Positions 18,301-27,384 of a DNA stretch of 64,000 bases are shown here, one piece after another. This stretch comes from Candidatus Binataceae bacterium. GTDB lineage: Bacteria > Desulfobacterota > Binatia > Binatales > Binataceae. The stretch is taken from assembly GCA_035531615.1 (NCBI GenBank), contig DATKSQ010000106.1, positions 5,389 to 69,388 of the forward strand. The letters run 5' to 3'. Numbering within the stretch: position 1 is the first letter of the stretch; each line of letters opens with the position of its first letter. Below the pieces are notes generated by a model. The model was not told the DNA's origin. It saw only the letters and a program-made list of their open reading frames with translations, and made no database searches. A program made the translations under genes and the position numbers.

Positions 18301-19476
18301 TCAGGCGGCGCTGCGCCGATCAATCAACTCGCGCGCCTGCGCGCGCGCCCAAGAATCGGTTTCAAGCAAATCTTCCAGCGTGTCCGCCGGACGGTTCGGA
18401 TGGCGCGCCATGACCGCCTCGAGGTGCCGCGGAATATCGACGAAGCGCATTCTTCCGCCAAGAAACGCGGCGACCAGTTCCTCGTTGGCCGCGTTCAGGC
18501 ACGCGGGCATCGTCGCCCCGGCGCCGAGCGCGTCGAAAGCCAGCCGCAGGCACGGAAAACGGCCCAGGTCCGGCGCTTCGAACGTCAGGCTCGCGCACTC
18601 GACCAGCGACAGGGTTTTAAGATGCGGCAGCGGCAGACGCTCCGGATAGGCCAGCGCGTATGCGACCGGAATCGCCATGTCGGGCACCGCCATCTCGGCG
18701 ATCACCGAGCCGTCAATCATCTCGACCATCGAATGAATCACGCTCTGCGGATGAATCACCACCGAGACCTGCTCGCGCGAGACGTCGAACAACCAGCGCG
18801 CCTCGATCACCTCGAGCCCTTTGTTCATCAGGGTCGCCGAGTCGATCGTGATCTTTGCGCCCATCCGCCAGGTCGGATGATTGAGCGCCTGCTCGACGGT
18901 AATCGCGGCGAACCGCTCGGCCGCCAGTTCGCGGAACGGACCGCCCGACGCGGTCAGGATGATTCGCTTGAGCGAGTCGCGCCCGCGCCCCTCGAGGCAC
19001 TGGAAGATCGCGTTGTGCTCGCTATCGACCGGCAGCAGCCGGACCCCCGACTCGCGCACCGCGCGCGTGACCATCTCACCCGCGATCACCAGCACTTCCT
19101 TGTTGGCGAACGCGATATCCTTGCCGGCCTTGATCGCGGCGAGCGTCGGACGCAGGCCGAGCGCACCGACCAGCGCCGACATCACGAGCTTCGCGTCGCG
19201 ATGCGTTGCGACGGCGATGGCGCCCTCGAGCCCGTGCATAATCTCGGGCTTCGCGCCGCCAAGCCGGGCGCGCAGATCGTTTGCGAGTTCAGCGGTCGCG
19301 ACCGAGACCAGCTCGGGATGAAAGCGATCTATCTGATGGGCGAGCAGCTCGAGGTTGCGTCCCGCCGCCATCGCGGCCACGCGGAATCGATCCGGGTAGC
19401 GCGCCACCACGTCGAGCGTGGTAACGCCGACGGAACCGGTCGAGCCGAGCAGCGCTATCGCCTTCATCGCCTTCAT
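18301..19476 (-). CDS. dxr: 1-deoxy-D-xylulose-5-phosphate reductoisomerase
   Basis: IALLGSTGSVGVTTLDVV...LLPVDSEHNAIFQCL...ASGGPF...HPTWRMGAKITIDSATLMNKGLEVIEA are canonical Dxr blocks. Confidence 0.92.
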   Translation of the reverse strand: MKAMKAIALLGSTGSVGVTTLDVVARYPDRFRVAAMAAGRNLELLAHQIDRFHPELVSVATAELANDLRARLGGAKPEIMHGLEGAIAVATHRDAKLVMSALVGALGLRPTLAAIKAGKDIAFANKEVLVIAGEMVTRAVRESGVRLLPVDSEHNAIFQCLEGRGRDSLKRIILTASGGPFRELAAERFAAITVEQALNHPTWRMGAKITIDSATLMNKGLEVIEARWLFDVSREQVSVVIHPQSVIHSMVEMIDGSVIAEMAVPDMAIPVAYALAYPERLPLPHLKTLSLVECASLTFEAPDLGRFPCLRLAFDALGAGATMPACLNAANEELVAAFLGGRMRFVDIPRHLEAVMARHPNRPADTLEDLLETDSWARAQARELIDRRSAA

Positions 19477-19509
19477 CGTGATCCGATCCCCGCCTTCATC
19501 TACCTGCGC

Positions 19510-21477
19510 TCATTGCGCCGCCGCCACGGCGGCAAGCCGCTTGCGCACGCGCCCGAGCGCCATCAGCGGAAAGTAGTGCGCGTACAGGTAATAGCGAAGA
19601 TAGAAATGATTGGGAAAGCCGTTGCCGGTGGATTCGCTTTCGTCCCACGCGCCGGAATCGTTTTGCCGTTCGGCCAGCCATTGCGCGCCGCGCATCACCG
19701 CGTCGGAGATTGCGGCTTCGCCGGCGACCAATCCGATCACCGCCCACGCGGTCTGCGAAGCGCAACTGGGACCGCGGCCGCGCCACGCGGGATCCTTGTC
19801 GGCGAGCGGACTTTCGCCCCATCCGCCATCGGGATTCTGCTTCGACTTGAGCCACTCGACCGCGCGGCGAATCCACGGCTGATTCATGTCGTATCCGATC
19901 GCGTGCAGGCCCGAGAGCGCCGAGAAGGTTCCGTAGATGTACGCGACACCCCAGCGGCCCCACCACGCGCCGTCGGACGCTTGATTCTTCTTGAGCCATT
20001 CGATCGCGCGGCGCGCCACCGGATGGTTCGGCTTATAACCCACCGCACCCATCATCTCGAGCACGCGTCCGGTCAGATCGGCGCACGAGGGGTCGGTCAC
20101 CGCCTCGACATCGGCCAGCGGCAGTGAATTGAGCCAGTGCGAATCGTTATCGACATCGAAGGCCGCGAAGCCGCCGTCCTTCGATTGCATCCCCATGACC
20201 CAATTGGCTCCAGCCCGAATCGCGTGCTCGCGCATGCCGGCGTCGCTCGAGCGCGCCTCGGCCATCACCGCGAGAATCACCGCCGAGTCATCGACATCCG
20301 GATAACAATTATTGAAGAACTCGAAGGCCCAACCGCCTGGTTCCAGGTCCGGACGCTTTATCGACCAGTCGCCCTTTTTGAAGATCTGATTGTCGATAAA
20401 CCAATCTGTGCATTTGACCAGCGCCGGATGCTCCGGTGGCAGACCCGAGTCGAGCAGCGCCTTGGCCGCGAGCGCGCTGTCCCAGTTGGGCGAAACGCAG
20501 GGCATGTACAGCACGCGGTCGCCAAGATCCCAGATCAACTCGCGGCTGGCCTCGAGCGCTTTGCGCAGCACCGGATGATCGTTCTTGTAGCCGAGCGCCT
20601 TGAGCGCCATCGCGCTGAGCAGATAGCACGGCTCGATTCCGCCCCACGAGCCGTTGGCCTCCTGATGCTCGAGAATCCAGCTTTCCGCGGCGCGCAGCGC
20701 GCGCGCGCGCAAGCCGCCCGGGGCGTGCCGGGCATAAGCGCGCAGCGCCGTGTCGATCACGTTGAAGGCCTTGCGCAGCGACAGGAATTTCGGCGCGGCG
20801 GGCTGCTTGAAGCGCGTGAAGTGAGGCGGCTGGATGTAGAGTTCGAGGATACTCTCTTGAAAAGATATTTTCACGACTGGTTTCGTCGCCTGCAGGATCA
20901 TCAGGCCGAACACCGTGCCGCGCGCCCATGACGCGAGTTCATACATGTTGAACGGGAACCAGTTCGGCAACAGGGTCAGCTCGACCGGCATCGCGGCCGT
21001 GGATTCCCACGGCACCTGGCCCATCGCGGCCAGATAAAAGCGCGCCAGGGTACCGCATTTTTCGATTCCGCCCTTGGACAGAATCCAGCGCCGCGACTGC
21101 AACAGCGCCTCATCGCCCGCGCGCATCCCGGCGAGCTTGAGCGCGAAGTAGGCTTCGATGGTGGTCGACAGGTAACCCTCGCCGCCGGCGTAGAGGCCGA
21201 AGCTCCCGTCGGAGTTCTGGTTGTCGAGCAGAAACTTTTTGAGCTTGGCCTCGAGTTCGAGATCGACGGTGCCCATGAAGTGATTGAAGATGATGAACTC
21301 GGCGTTCATCTGGGCGTTGGCCTCGAGCGCGCCGTGCCAGTAGCCCTCGGAATGCTGGAGGGCGATGAGCGAACGCTGCGCGCGATCGACGGTGTAGTCG
21401 ATTTGCGCGGCCGACTCGTCGCGGAGTTGGGCCGCGAGCGGCGCGGCGTTGATATCGGTTTCGGCGATCTGGTTCAT
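19510..21477 (-). CDS. shc: squalene-hopene cyclase
   Basis: 655 aa. DxDD catalytic motif (YPDVDDSAVI) and multiple QW repeats (Q..DGGW/GSWG/GAWWGRWG). Confidence 0.92.
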   Translation of the reverse strand: MNQIAETDINAAPLAAQLRDESAAQIDYTVDRAQRSLIALQHSEGYWHGALEANAQMNAEFIIFNHFMGTVDLELEAKLKKFLLDNQNSDGSFGLYAGGEGYLSTTIEAYFALKLAGMRAGDEALLQSRRWILSKGGIEKCGTLARFYLAAMGQVPWESTAAMPVELTLLPNWFPFNMYELASWARGTVFGLMILQATKPVVKISFQESILELYIQPPHFTRFKQPAAPKFLSLRKAFNVIDTALRAYARHAPGGLRARALRAAESWILEHQEANGSWGGIEPCYLLSAMALKALGYKNDHPVLRKALEASRELIWDLGDRVLYMPCVSPNWDSALAAKALLDSGLPPEHPALVKCTDWFIDNQIFKKGDWSIKRPDLEPGGWAFEFFNNCYPDVDDSAVILAVMAEARSSDAGMREHAIRAGANWVMGMQSKDGGFAAFDVDNDSHWLNSLPLADVEAVTDPSCADLTGRVLEMMGAVGYKPNHPVARRAIEWLKKNQASDGAWWGRWGVAYIYGTFSALSGLHAIGYDMNQPWIRRAVEWLKSKQNPDGGWGESPLADKDPAWRGRGPSCASQTAWAVIGLVAGEAAISDAVMRGAQWLAERQNDSGAWDESESTGNGFPNHFYLRYYLYAHYFPLMALGRVRKRLAAVAAAQ

Positions 21478-21568
21478 GATTGGTTTGTACTCTGAGGCTG
21501 CTTCAATGATATCTCCGCGGGCTCTCGAAACCGAGGTTTTTTTGCACCTGCGGCAACCTCCGCACGGT

Positions 21569-22630
21569 TCAGGGAATCACCGCACACTTGAGCGCCTCGC
21601 CGCGTTCAAGCATCGGAAATACCTGGTCCAGCTCGGCAAGGGTGCGGTGCGAGTTGATCACTGCGCCGAATGCGGGCTCGCTACGCGCGAGCATTTCGTA
21701 GGCGGCGCGCACGTCGCGCGGCCGGTAGTGAAACGGCGCAAGCAGGCTCAGGTTGTCGTAGTGCATCCGGCGGGTATCGACGCTGAGCGTGGTGCCCGGC
21801 GCGCATCCGCCAAAAAACACCACTCGGCCGCCGCGCCGGACGCGCGCGAATGCGTCAGCCCATCCGGCGGGCGCTCCGGTGCATTCGATCGCGAGGTCCG
21901 GGCCGAACCCGCCGTTGCACTTCGCGGCCTCCGCGGCGGCATCCTGATGCTCGGCGTCAATCACGCGGTCGGCGCCGAGCGCGGCGGCCCATTTAAGGCG
22001 CGCGGCGCCGCGGCCCGCGATTACGATCTCACGCACCCCGGCGGCGCGCAGCGCGATCATGTGCAGCATCCCGAACGCGCCCGCGCCAATAATCATCGCG
22101 GTCTCGGATTTTTGCGGACCCGCCATCGCGTGCGCATGAATCACGCACGACAGCGGTTCGAGCAGCGCGGCTTCCTCGAACGGCAGCGCGGACGGCTTTA
22201 TAAACGTGTTGCGCGCGACGATATGCGCCGGCAGCATGATCAGGTCGGCGTAGGCGCCGCGCAGCATGCGCCCGACCGCGTCTTCGCATAGATTTTCCTG
22301 GCCCCGGGCGCAATAGAAACACGCGCCACACGGCGCGGTCGGCGCGGCCATCACTTCATCGCCAGGTTTGAAGCGCTCAACGCCGGCGCCGGACTCGGCC
22401 ACCACGCCAGAGAATTCGTGTCCGAATGGCATCGGGAATTTCCACAACGGATGCCCCCGGCGCCAGGTCTTGAGATCGGTCCCGCAACTGAGCGCGCACC
22501 GAATCCGCACCAGCAGCTCGCCCGCACCCGGACGCTGTGGAGTGAAATCCCGCAGCTCGATCCGTCCCGGCGCGAGCAGCATCGCCTGGCGCGGAGGTCC
22601 CTGATACGCGGGCAGCGCGGCGGCGCTCAT
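21569..22630 (-). CDS. zinc-dependent medium-chain alcohol dehydrogenase family protein
   Basis: GHEFSGVV catalytic-zinc motif, structural-zinc Cys cluster CGACFYCARGQENLC, and GAGAFG Rossmann motif. ATGA overlap with the upstream polyprenyl synthase gene. Confidence 0.85.
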   Translation of the reverse strand: MSAAALPAYQGPPRQAMLLAPGRIELRDFTPQRPGAGELLVRIRCALSCGTDLKTWRRGHPLWKFPMPFGHEFSGVVAESGAGVERFKPGDEVMAAPTAPCGACFYCARGQENLCEDAVGRMLRGAYADLIMLPAHIVARNTFIKPSALPFEEAALLEPLSCVIHAHAMAGPQKSETAMIIGAGAFGMLHMIALRAAGVREIVIAGRGAARLKWAAALGADRVIDAEHQDAAAEAAKCNGGFGPDLAIECTGAPAGWADAFARVRRGGRVVFFGGCAPGTTLSVDTRRMHYDNLSLLAPFHYRPRDVRAAYEMLARSEPAFGAVINSHRTLAELDQVFPMLERGEALKCAVIP

Positions 22631-23517
22631 CGGCTGCGCTCCACCACAAAGCTCGCAATCCGGCGCAGCGGTTCGGCTGACGCGCCAAAGGCCGCCAGCG
22701 CCTCGTGCGCGCGGCGCTCGAGCGAGCGCGCGAAGCGGTGCGACTCTTCGAGTCCCAACAGCGACGGGAAAGTATTCTTGCCAGCGGCCTGATCCTTTTG
22801 CGTGCGCTTGCCCATCTGCTCGGTGGTGGCTTCGACATCGAGCAAATCGTCCACCACCTGAAACGCAAGCCCGAGAGCACGCGCATATTCGTCAAGCGCC
22901 TCGAGTTGCGCGTCCGAGCCGCCGCCCAGGCGCGCACCGCCGACAATCGAGGCCCGGAACATCGCGCCGGTCTTCTTGCTGTGCAGATGCTTGAGCTCGT
23001 CGAGCCCGAGCTGCTTGCGCTCGCAGAGAATATCGATCACCTGGCCCCCCACCATTCCCGCCGATCCGGCGGCTTCGCTGAGCTCCGCGATAGTGGCGAG
23101 CACGCGTTCGGCGGGAACGCCGTCAAGCGCTGATCGGGCGAGGATCTTGAACGCATCGGTCACCAGCGCGTCGCCGGCCAAAGTGGCGAGCGCGTCGCCG
23201 TAAATCTTGTGATTGGTCGGATGGCCGTGGCGCAGATCGTCGTCGTCCATGCACGGCAGGTCGTCATGGATCAGCGAGTAGGTGTGGATCATCTCGACCG
23301 CGCAGGCCAAGCCGAGCGCAGCCTCGGGCGCACCGCCAACCGCTTCGCACGCCGCGAGCGCCAGGATCGGGCGCAGGCGTTTGCCGCCGCCCAGCAGGCT
23401 GTAGCGCATCGCCTCGTAAAGGCGCGAGTCGGCGCCGTCGCGGGCGGGTAGCGCGCCGTCAAGCGCGCGTTGCACCACTTCGGCGCGCTCTTTCAGATAG
23501 CGTTCCAGCTCGAGCAC
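22627..23517 (-). CDS. ispA: polyprenyl (farnesyl/geranylgeranyl) diphosphate synthase
   Basis: FARM LIHDDLPCMDDDDLRHGHPT and SARM FQVVDDLLD. 296 aa. Chain-length specificity is not determinable by eye. Confidence 0.85.
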   Translation of the reverse strand: MLELERYLKERAEVVQRALDGALPARDGADSRLYEAMRYSLLGGGKRLRPILALAACEAVGGAPEAALGLACAVEMIHTYSLIHDDLPCMDDDDLRHGHPTNHKIYGDALATLAGDALVTDAFKILARSALDGVPAERVLATIAELSEAAGSAGMVGGQVIDILCERKQLGLDELKHLHSKKTGAMFRASIVGGARLGGGSDAQLEALDEYARALGLAFQVVDDLLDVEATTEQMGKRTQKDQAAGKNTFPSLLGLEESHRFARSLERRAHEALAAFGASAEPLRRIASFVVERSR

Positions 23518-23627
23518 GTTGACACCGCAAACGCGCGGGCCGCTCTCAGATTGCTTTTCAGGAAGCAGCGCAGCGCCACCAATTCAGTCCGCTGCGCTCC
23601 GAGCGGCGCGCCGCATCAGTTTTGATC

Positions 23628-24632
23628 TCACGCCATATAATGGCGAACCATCCGCCACGAATCCCTGAGGTTCTTGCCGAACTCGAGCGCGACCGTGCCC
23701 TCGAAGCCCGAATGCATCTTGCAGTCGCGGCATCGGAAATCTTGCCGGGTCCGGTAGAATTCCCAATCGGTTTTGGCGTGCATTTCCTCGAACGTCTGGT
23801 AGTGGCCGTTGGTGATCAGGTAGCACGGTCCCTTCCAGCCGCGCGGATTGCGCGTGACGGTGGTCCACGGACTGCACGTCAGGTCATGCTCGCCGACCAG
23901 AAAATCGAGATAGATGGGAGTGTTGATGATGTTGTAATCGTGCGCCAGGTCGCGCACGCGGCGGAACTTCGCGACGCTCTCGTCGCCAGTCAGGTAAAGC
24001 TCATCATTGGTGAGCACCTGGTAATGATAGCCGGGGCTCAGCAGCATTCCGTCCACCCCAAGGCCGCCCAGATATTTCACCATCTCTTCGAGTTCCTCGG
24101 CCGTGGTCTCGCGGAACACCGTGGTGTTGGTCTGCACCCGATAGCCCTTGTCCTTGAGCATCTTGACCATCTTGATGACGGTGTCGAAGTGGCCTTCGCG
24201 ATCGACCACGCGATCGTTGGTCGCGCGCATACCGTCCAGATGCAGGTTGAAGCTTAAGTAGGGCGAGGGTGCGACCTGCTTGACGAAGCGTTCGAGCAGG
24301 ATCGCGTTGGTGCAGATCATCACGTGGCGCTTTTGATCTTCGATCAGACCCTTGGTCAGCGGCACGATATGCTTGTACATCAACGGCTCGCCGCCGCAGA
24401 TCGAAACCAGCGGAGCGCCGCACTCTTCGGCCGCCGCGAGCGAATCCTCCAGCGGCATCATGTCGCGAATCGAATCCTTGTACTCGACGATCCGGCCGCA
24501 TCCGACACACGCCAGATTGCACGCGTGCAGCGGCTCGAGCATCAGGACCAGCGGAAAATATTTCTCGCCACTGCGCTTCTTGGCGCGCATATAGCGGCCA
24601 AGATCGATCATCTGCTTGAGCGGCATCCGCAT
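23628..24632 (-). CDS. hpnH: adenosylhopane synthase HpnH (radical SAM)
   Basis: LMLEPLHACNLACVGCGRI (CxxxCxxC), and the conserved C-terminal CSPWTTVTRNPRGWKGPCYL...CRDCKMHSGFE resembles HpnH as I remember it. Confidence 0.85.
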   Translation of the reverse strand: MRMPLKQMIDLGRYMRAKKRSGEKYFPLVLMLEPLHACNLACVGCGRIVEYKDSIRDMMPLEDSLAAAEECGAPLVSICGGEPLMYKHIVPLTKGLIEDQKRHVMICTNAILLERFVKQVAPSPYLSFNLHLDGMRATNDRVVDREGHFDTVIKMVKMLKDKGYRVQTNTTVFRETTAEELEEMVKYLGGLGVDGMLLSPGYHYQVLTNDELYLTGDESVAKFRRVRDLAHDYNIINTPIYLDFLVGEHDLTCSPWTTVTRNPRGWKGPCYLITNGHYQTFEEMHAKTDWEFYRTRQDFRCRDCKMHSGFEGTVALEFGKNLRDSWRMVRHYMA

Positions 24633-24680
24633 ACCAGTCAGTACTCCTAGCGATCAGGAAAAATCGTTACGAAAAATTTT

Positions 24681-25340
24681 TCAGGCGACGGCCTTGCCGC
24701 CGCCCGCGTCGGACTTGACATCTTCGCCAAACAACCAGCCCGCGACCATAGCCACCGCGCTCTCGGGTTCGAGCGGGCGGTTGTGCATGAACAGATGCTC
24801 GATCAGGATGCCGTTGAGCGCCGAGAGCAAAAATCCCGCCGCCGACTCGGCCGTGAAGCGCCGCGAGCACAGGTTGCGCTCCTGCCCGCGCGCGATCAGC
24901 TCGACCAGCATCGCTCGATAGCCCGAATAGAGCTTCAGCACCTGGTCGCTGAGCCCCTCCGCGAAATGCTGATCGTGCAGCATCTGCGCGATGAAGAACC
25001 GCACCGAGCTCGCATTGTCGCGCACGAACAACAGGTAGAACTCGACCAGCTTCTGAATCTGCGCGCGCTCGTCCAGCGCTCCCGCCTCTTCGGCGAAATC
25101 GATGAAGTACGGCTCGAGCAGCCGGTTCAGCACCGCGACGAACAGCTCTTCCTTGGTCTTGAAATGCCAGAAGATCAGCGCCTTGCTGACCCGTGCTTCG
25201 CGCGCAACCTCGGACATCGAGGTCTCGTGAAACCCGCGGCTCGCGAACAGATGCATCGCCGACTTCAGGATCTCGTCACGCGAATCCTGCGATCCACTGC
25301 GGACTTCGGTCGCACCCACTCTAACTTGGGATAAGCTCAT
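24681..25340 (-). CDS. TetR/AcrR family transcriptional regulator
   Basis: N-terminal HTH: RDEILKSAMHLFASRGFHETSMSEVAREARVSKALIFWHFKTKEELF. Confidence 0.85.
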   Translation of the reverse strand: MSLSQVRVGATEVRSGSQDSRDEILKSAMHLFASRGFHETSMSEVAREARVSKALIFWHFKTKEELFVAVLNRLLEPYFIDFAEEAGALDERAQIQKLVEFYLLFVRDNASSVRFFIAQMLHDQHFAEGLSDQVLKLYSGYRAMLVELIARGQERNLCSRRFTAESAAGFLLSALNGILIEHLFMHNRPLEPESAVAMVAGWLFGEDVKSDAGGGKAVA

Positions 25341-25519
25341 TTTTCTGCTCGGTCGCCTGCGCGTACCTTCAACCTGTTCACTCGACTCTCACCCGGCGAA
25401 TTCCCGTCCCGATCCCGCCTGAACAGGGGCCGAGAGCCTTTGCGCCTCGACACTCGATCCGGCCGATGGGATGGACCTGAGACATCCGCTAACCATTCGG
25501 TCAATCGACAATCTAGCGC

Positions 25520-25539
25520 CTTGAATTTCAAACTTCAAG
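25520..25539. promoter_or_regulatory. imperfect palindrome, possible TetR operator
   Basis: cttgaa-tttcaaac-ttcaag has perfect 6-nt inverted arms. It lies in the AT-rich 300-bp gap upstream of the TetR gene. There is no other support. Confidence 0.2.
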
Positions 25540-25639
25540 ACCGGCAGTCCGATCGGTCAGGAGAAAAATTCGCTGTGTTTATGCGAGATTCGTCAGAATT
25601 ATCCTTCAATATGTGTACGCACGCTGAAATTATCGGCAA

Positions 25640-26662
25640 TCAGGCGGTAATTTTCACTTCCACGCCCCCGTCTGAAGCGGATTTTCGCGCGGCGGACATA
25701 AGCGCGATCGCGTTGCGCGCCTCGGCCAAGTTGACGCGCGCAGCCCCCGAGCCGGGTCCAGCGGCGATTGCACGCTCGAATTCTTCGGCCATCGCGGCGA
25801 ACCAGGCGCGATGGTACGAGTCGTCGGGCAGATCTGCGACCGAGGTCTCGTCGATGCGCCCGAGGCGATCGGTGAAGCTTACGCGATCGCCCTCGATTTC
25901 GAGGCTTCCCAAATCCCCGCGGATCATCGCCGAGGTCCGCCGCGCCGGCCCGCGCCACGACAGGTGCGACGTCGCGGAACGTCCCGAGGAAAAGCTCACG
26001 CGCAAATCGGCAAGGTCTTCGCCAGCGCCGGGCTCCCGGCTCGACAACGCCGCTGAAATCCCCACGGGGGCGTCACCGCCGAAGAGCCATTGCATCAGGT
26101 AGAAGACGTGCCATCCGTGATCGATCAGGATACCGCCACCGGAAGCGGATGCCGCGCGCCACGCTCCGCCCGCGCCGCGCGCGCCGGCGGGTTCGGTACG
26201 GATCCGATCGAGCGAGACGAATTGGACCGCGCCCAACCGGCCTTCATCGATCATGCGCCGCGCGAGCGCGTAGGCGGGCGCGTATTTCCAGTTATGCACG
26301 CACATCAGCACGCGACGCCGGTCGGCGGCGAGCTTGCGGAGCGCGTCGAACTCCGCGAGCGTCAGGCACATCGGCTTTTCGACGAGCACGTGCGCGTCCG
26401 CTTCGAGCGCCACGCGCGCCGCGGCGCCATGCAGCGCGGGCGGGCTGGCGATATCGACAAAATCAAGCGCCTCTCCGTCGAGCATCAGCTCGAGGTCATC
26501 GTACACGCGGACATTCTTGATCAGCCGCATCGCCTCATGGCGGCGCGCGGAAACCGGCTCATGCACGACGCTGATATTGATCGCCCCGCGCGCGAGCCAT
26601 CCCGGCAGATGGGCCAGTGCGGCGACTTCGCCGAAGCCGGAGATTGCGCCGCGCAGTTTCAC
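25640..26662 (-). CDS. Gfo/Idh/MocA family oxidoreductase
   Basis: The track ORF 25640..27010 overlaps the real GlsB gene, so I trimmed it to the GTG at 26662 (VKLRGAISGFGEVAALAHLPGW...). The EKP motif (HVLVEKPMCL) is typical of the family. Confidence 0.75.
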   Translation of the reverse strand: MKLRGAISGFGEVAALAHLPGWLARGAINISVVHEPVSARRHEAMRLIKNVRVYDDLELMLDGEALDFVDIASPPALHGAAARVALEADAHVLVEKPMCLTLAEFDALRKLAADRRRVLMCVHNWKYAPAYALARRMIDEGRLGAVQFVSLDRIRTEPAGARGAGGAWRAASASGGGILIDHGWHVFYLMQWLFGGDAPVGISAALSSREPGAGEDLADLRVSFSSGRSATSHLSWRGPARRTSAMIRGDLGSLEIEGDRVSFTDRLGRIDETSVADLPDDSYHRAWFAAMAEEFERAIAAGPGSGAARVNLAEARNAIALMSAARKSASDGGVEVKITA

Positions 26663-26724
26663 ATCGAGGGTTGTACCGGTTCCGCGCCCGCGGTGGGAGA
26701 GGCGCTGGCGCGGCGCGGCGCCAC

Positions 26725-26973
26725 CTAGTCCTCGAACAGCTCGCCGGTGGCGGCTCGCGTCGCGAGCACCAGCGCGGATGCGCCGAGCGTCGCAACGATA
26801 ATCGCGCCGACCATATGATGCGCATGAACGCCGAACGCACCGAACATCCATCCGCCGATCACGCCGCCCACCAGCCCGAGCAGAAGGTCGCACACGAAAC
26901 CGTATCCGCCGCCGTGCATCATCTTGCCGGCGAGCCATCCCGCGACAAGTCCAACGATCATCGAAGAGATCAT
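26725..26973 (-). CDS. GlsB/YeaQ/YmgE family (transglycosylase-associated) stress membrane protein
   Basis: 82 aa. MIVGLVAGWLAGKMMHGGGYGFVCDLLLGLVGGVIGGWMFG is the typical Gly-zipper pattern. Confidence 0.8.
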   Translation of the reverse strand: MISSMIVGLVAGWLAGKMMHGGGYGFVCDLLLGLVGGVIGGWMFGAFGVHAHHMVGAIIVATLGASALVLATRAATGELFED

Positions 26974-27194
26974 GCCTGAGCGCTCCCTGTGAGTTCCTAA
27001 CCGAACTCACAGCAAAAACGCTGCCAGCGAAATCTCGCGGCTGCTTAACGGGAATCTAGTGCCGGCGATGCCACCGCGCGGCTGCATCGCGCAGCCGAAT
27101 AGCTGCGGCCCGGATCGATTGTGGAATCCGCCCGCTAAATCACTGAATGCAATCCGGCGCTGGCCCGGTCTCCGGCGGTTCAGAAGAAGAGCTT

Positions 27195-27353
27195 TTATCG
27201 GTCTTTGGGATCGGCAGGCGTAGGCTTGGCGACGGGTGCCGGACGCGGGGTAGCGGGCCGCTCCCCCATGATCGTCCTTCCAGTTCTGAGCGGGTCCGGC
27301 CTTGGCGTGGTCGGCCTTTCACCCTGGCTCTTGATTATGGCCTTTTTGCTCAT
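27195..27353 (-). CDS. small hypothetical Pro/Thr/Arg-rich protein (52 aa)
   Basis: Not in the track because it is under 60 aa. The ATG at 27353 is preceded by gaaggggaataacc (a good SD). Translation is MSKKAIIKSQGERPTTPRPDPLRTGRTIMGERPATPRPAPVAKPTPADPKDR. It lies directly downstream of the DUF6338-like gene. Confidence 0.3.
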   Translation of the reverse strand: MSKKAIIKSQGERPTTPRPDPLRTGRTIMGERPATPRPAPVAKPTPADPKDR

Positions 27354-27384
27354 GGTTATTCCCCTTCGAGCCATCGTATCCTCC

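Noticed and set aside
21505-21545. A small hairpin plus T-run (ctcg-aaac-cgag ttttttt) between shc and the Zn-ADH gene, considered as a terminator.
   Set aside because: The T-run follows the stem on the plus strand while both flanking genes are on the minus strand, and the stem is only 4 bp.
25640-27010. The 456-aa version of the Gfo/Idh/MocA ORF, and similar N-terminal over-extensions. Examples are 1038..2903, 4501..6315, 14056..15168, 46594..47682, 49863..50912, 55260..56633 and 59320..60852.
   Set aside because: The extensions are Arg-rich and motif-free, and they often overlap a neighbouring real gene (here the GlsB gene at 26725..26973). Internal starts coincide with the conserved family N-terminus and/or an SD or stop-start overlap.
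26992-27140. A search for tRNA genes, att sites or integrase genes at the edges of the AT-rich islets (27.0-27.2 kb, 36.9-37.0 kb, 42.6-42.8 kb).
   Set aside because: No cloverleaf-compatible sequence (no GTTCGAATC-type T-arm and no CCA-proximal acceptor pairing) and no integrase or transposase ORF was seen. The ctgtgagtt...aactcacag hairpin at ~26992-27020 lacks a T-tract in the right orientation.
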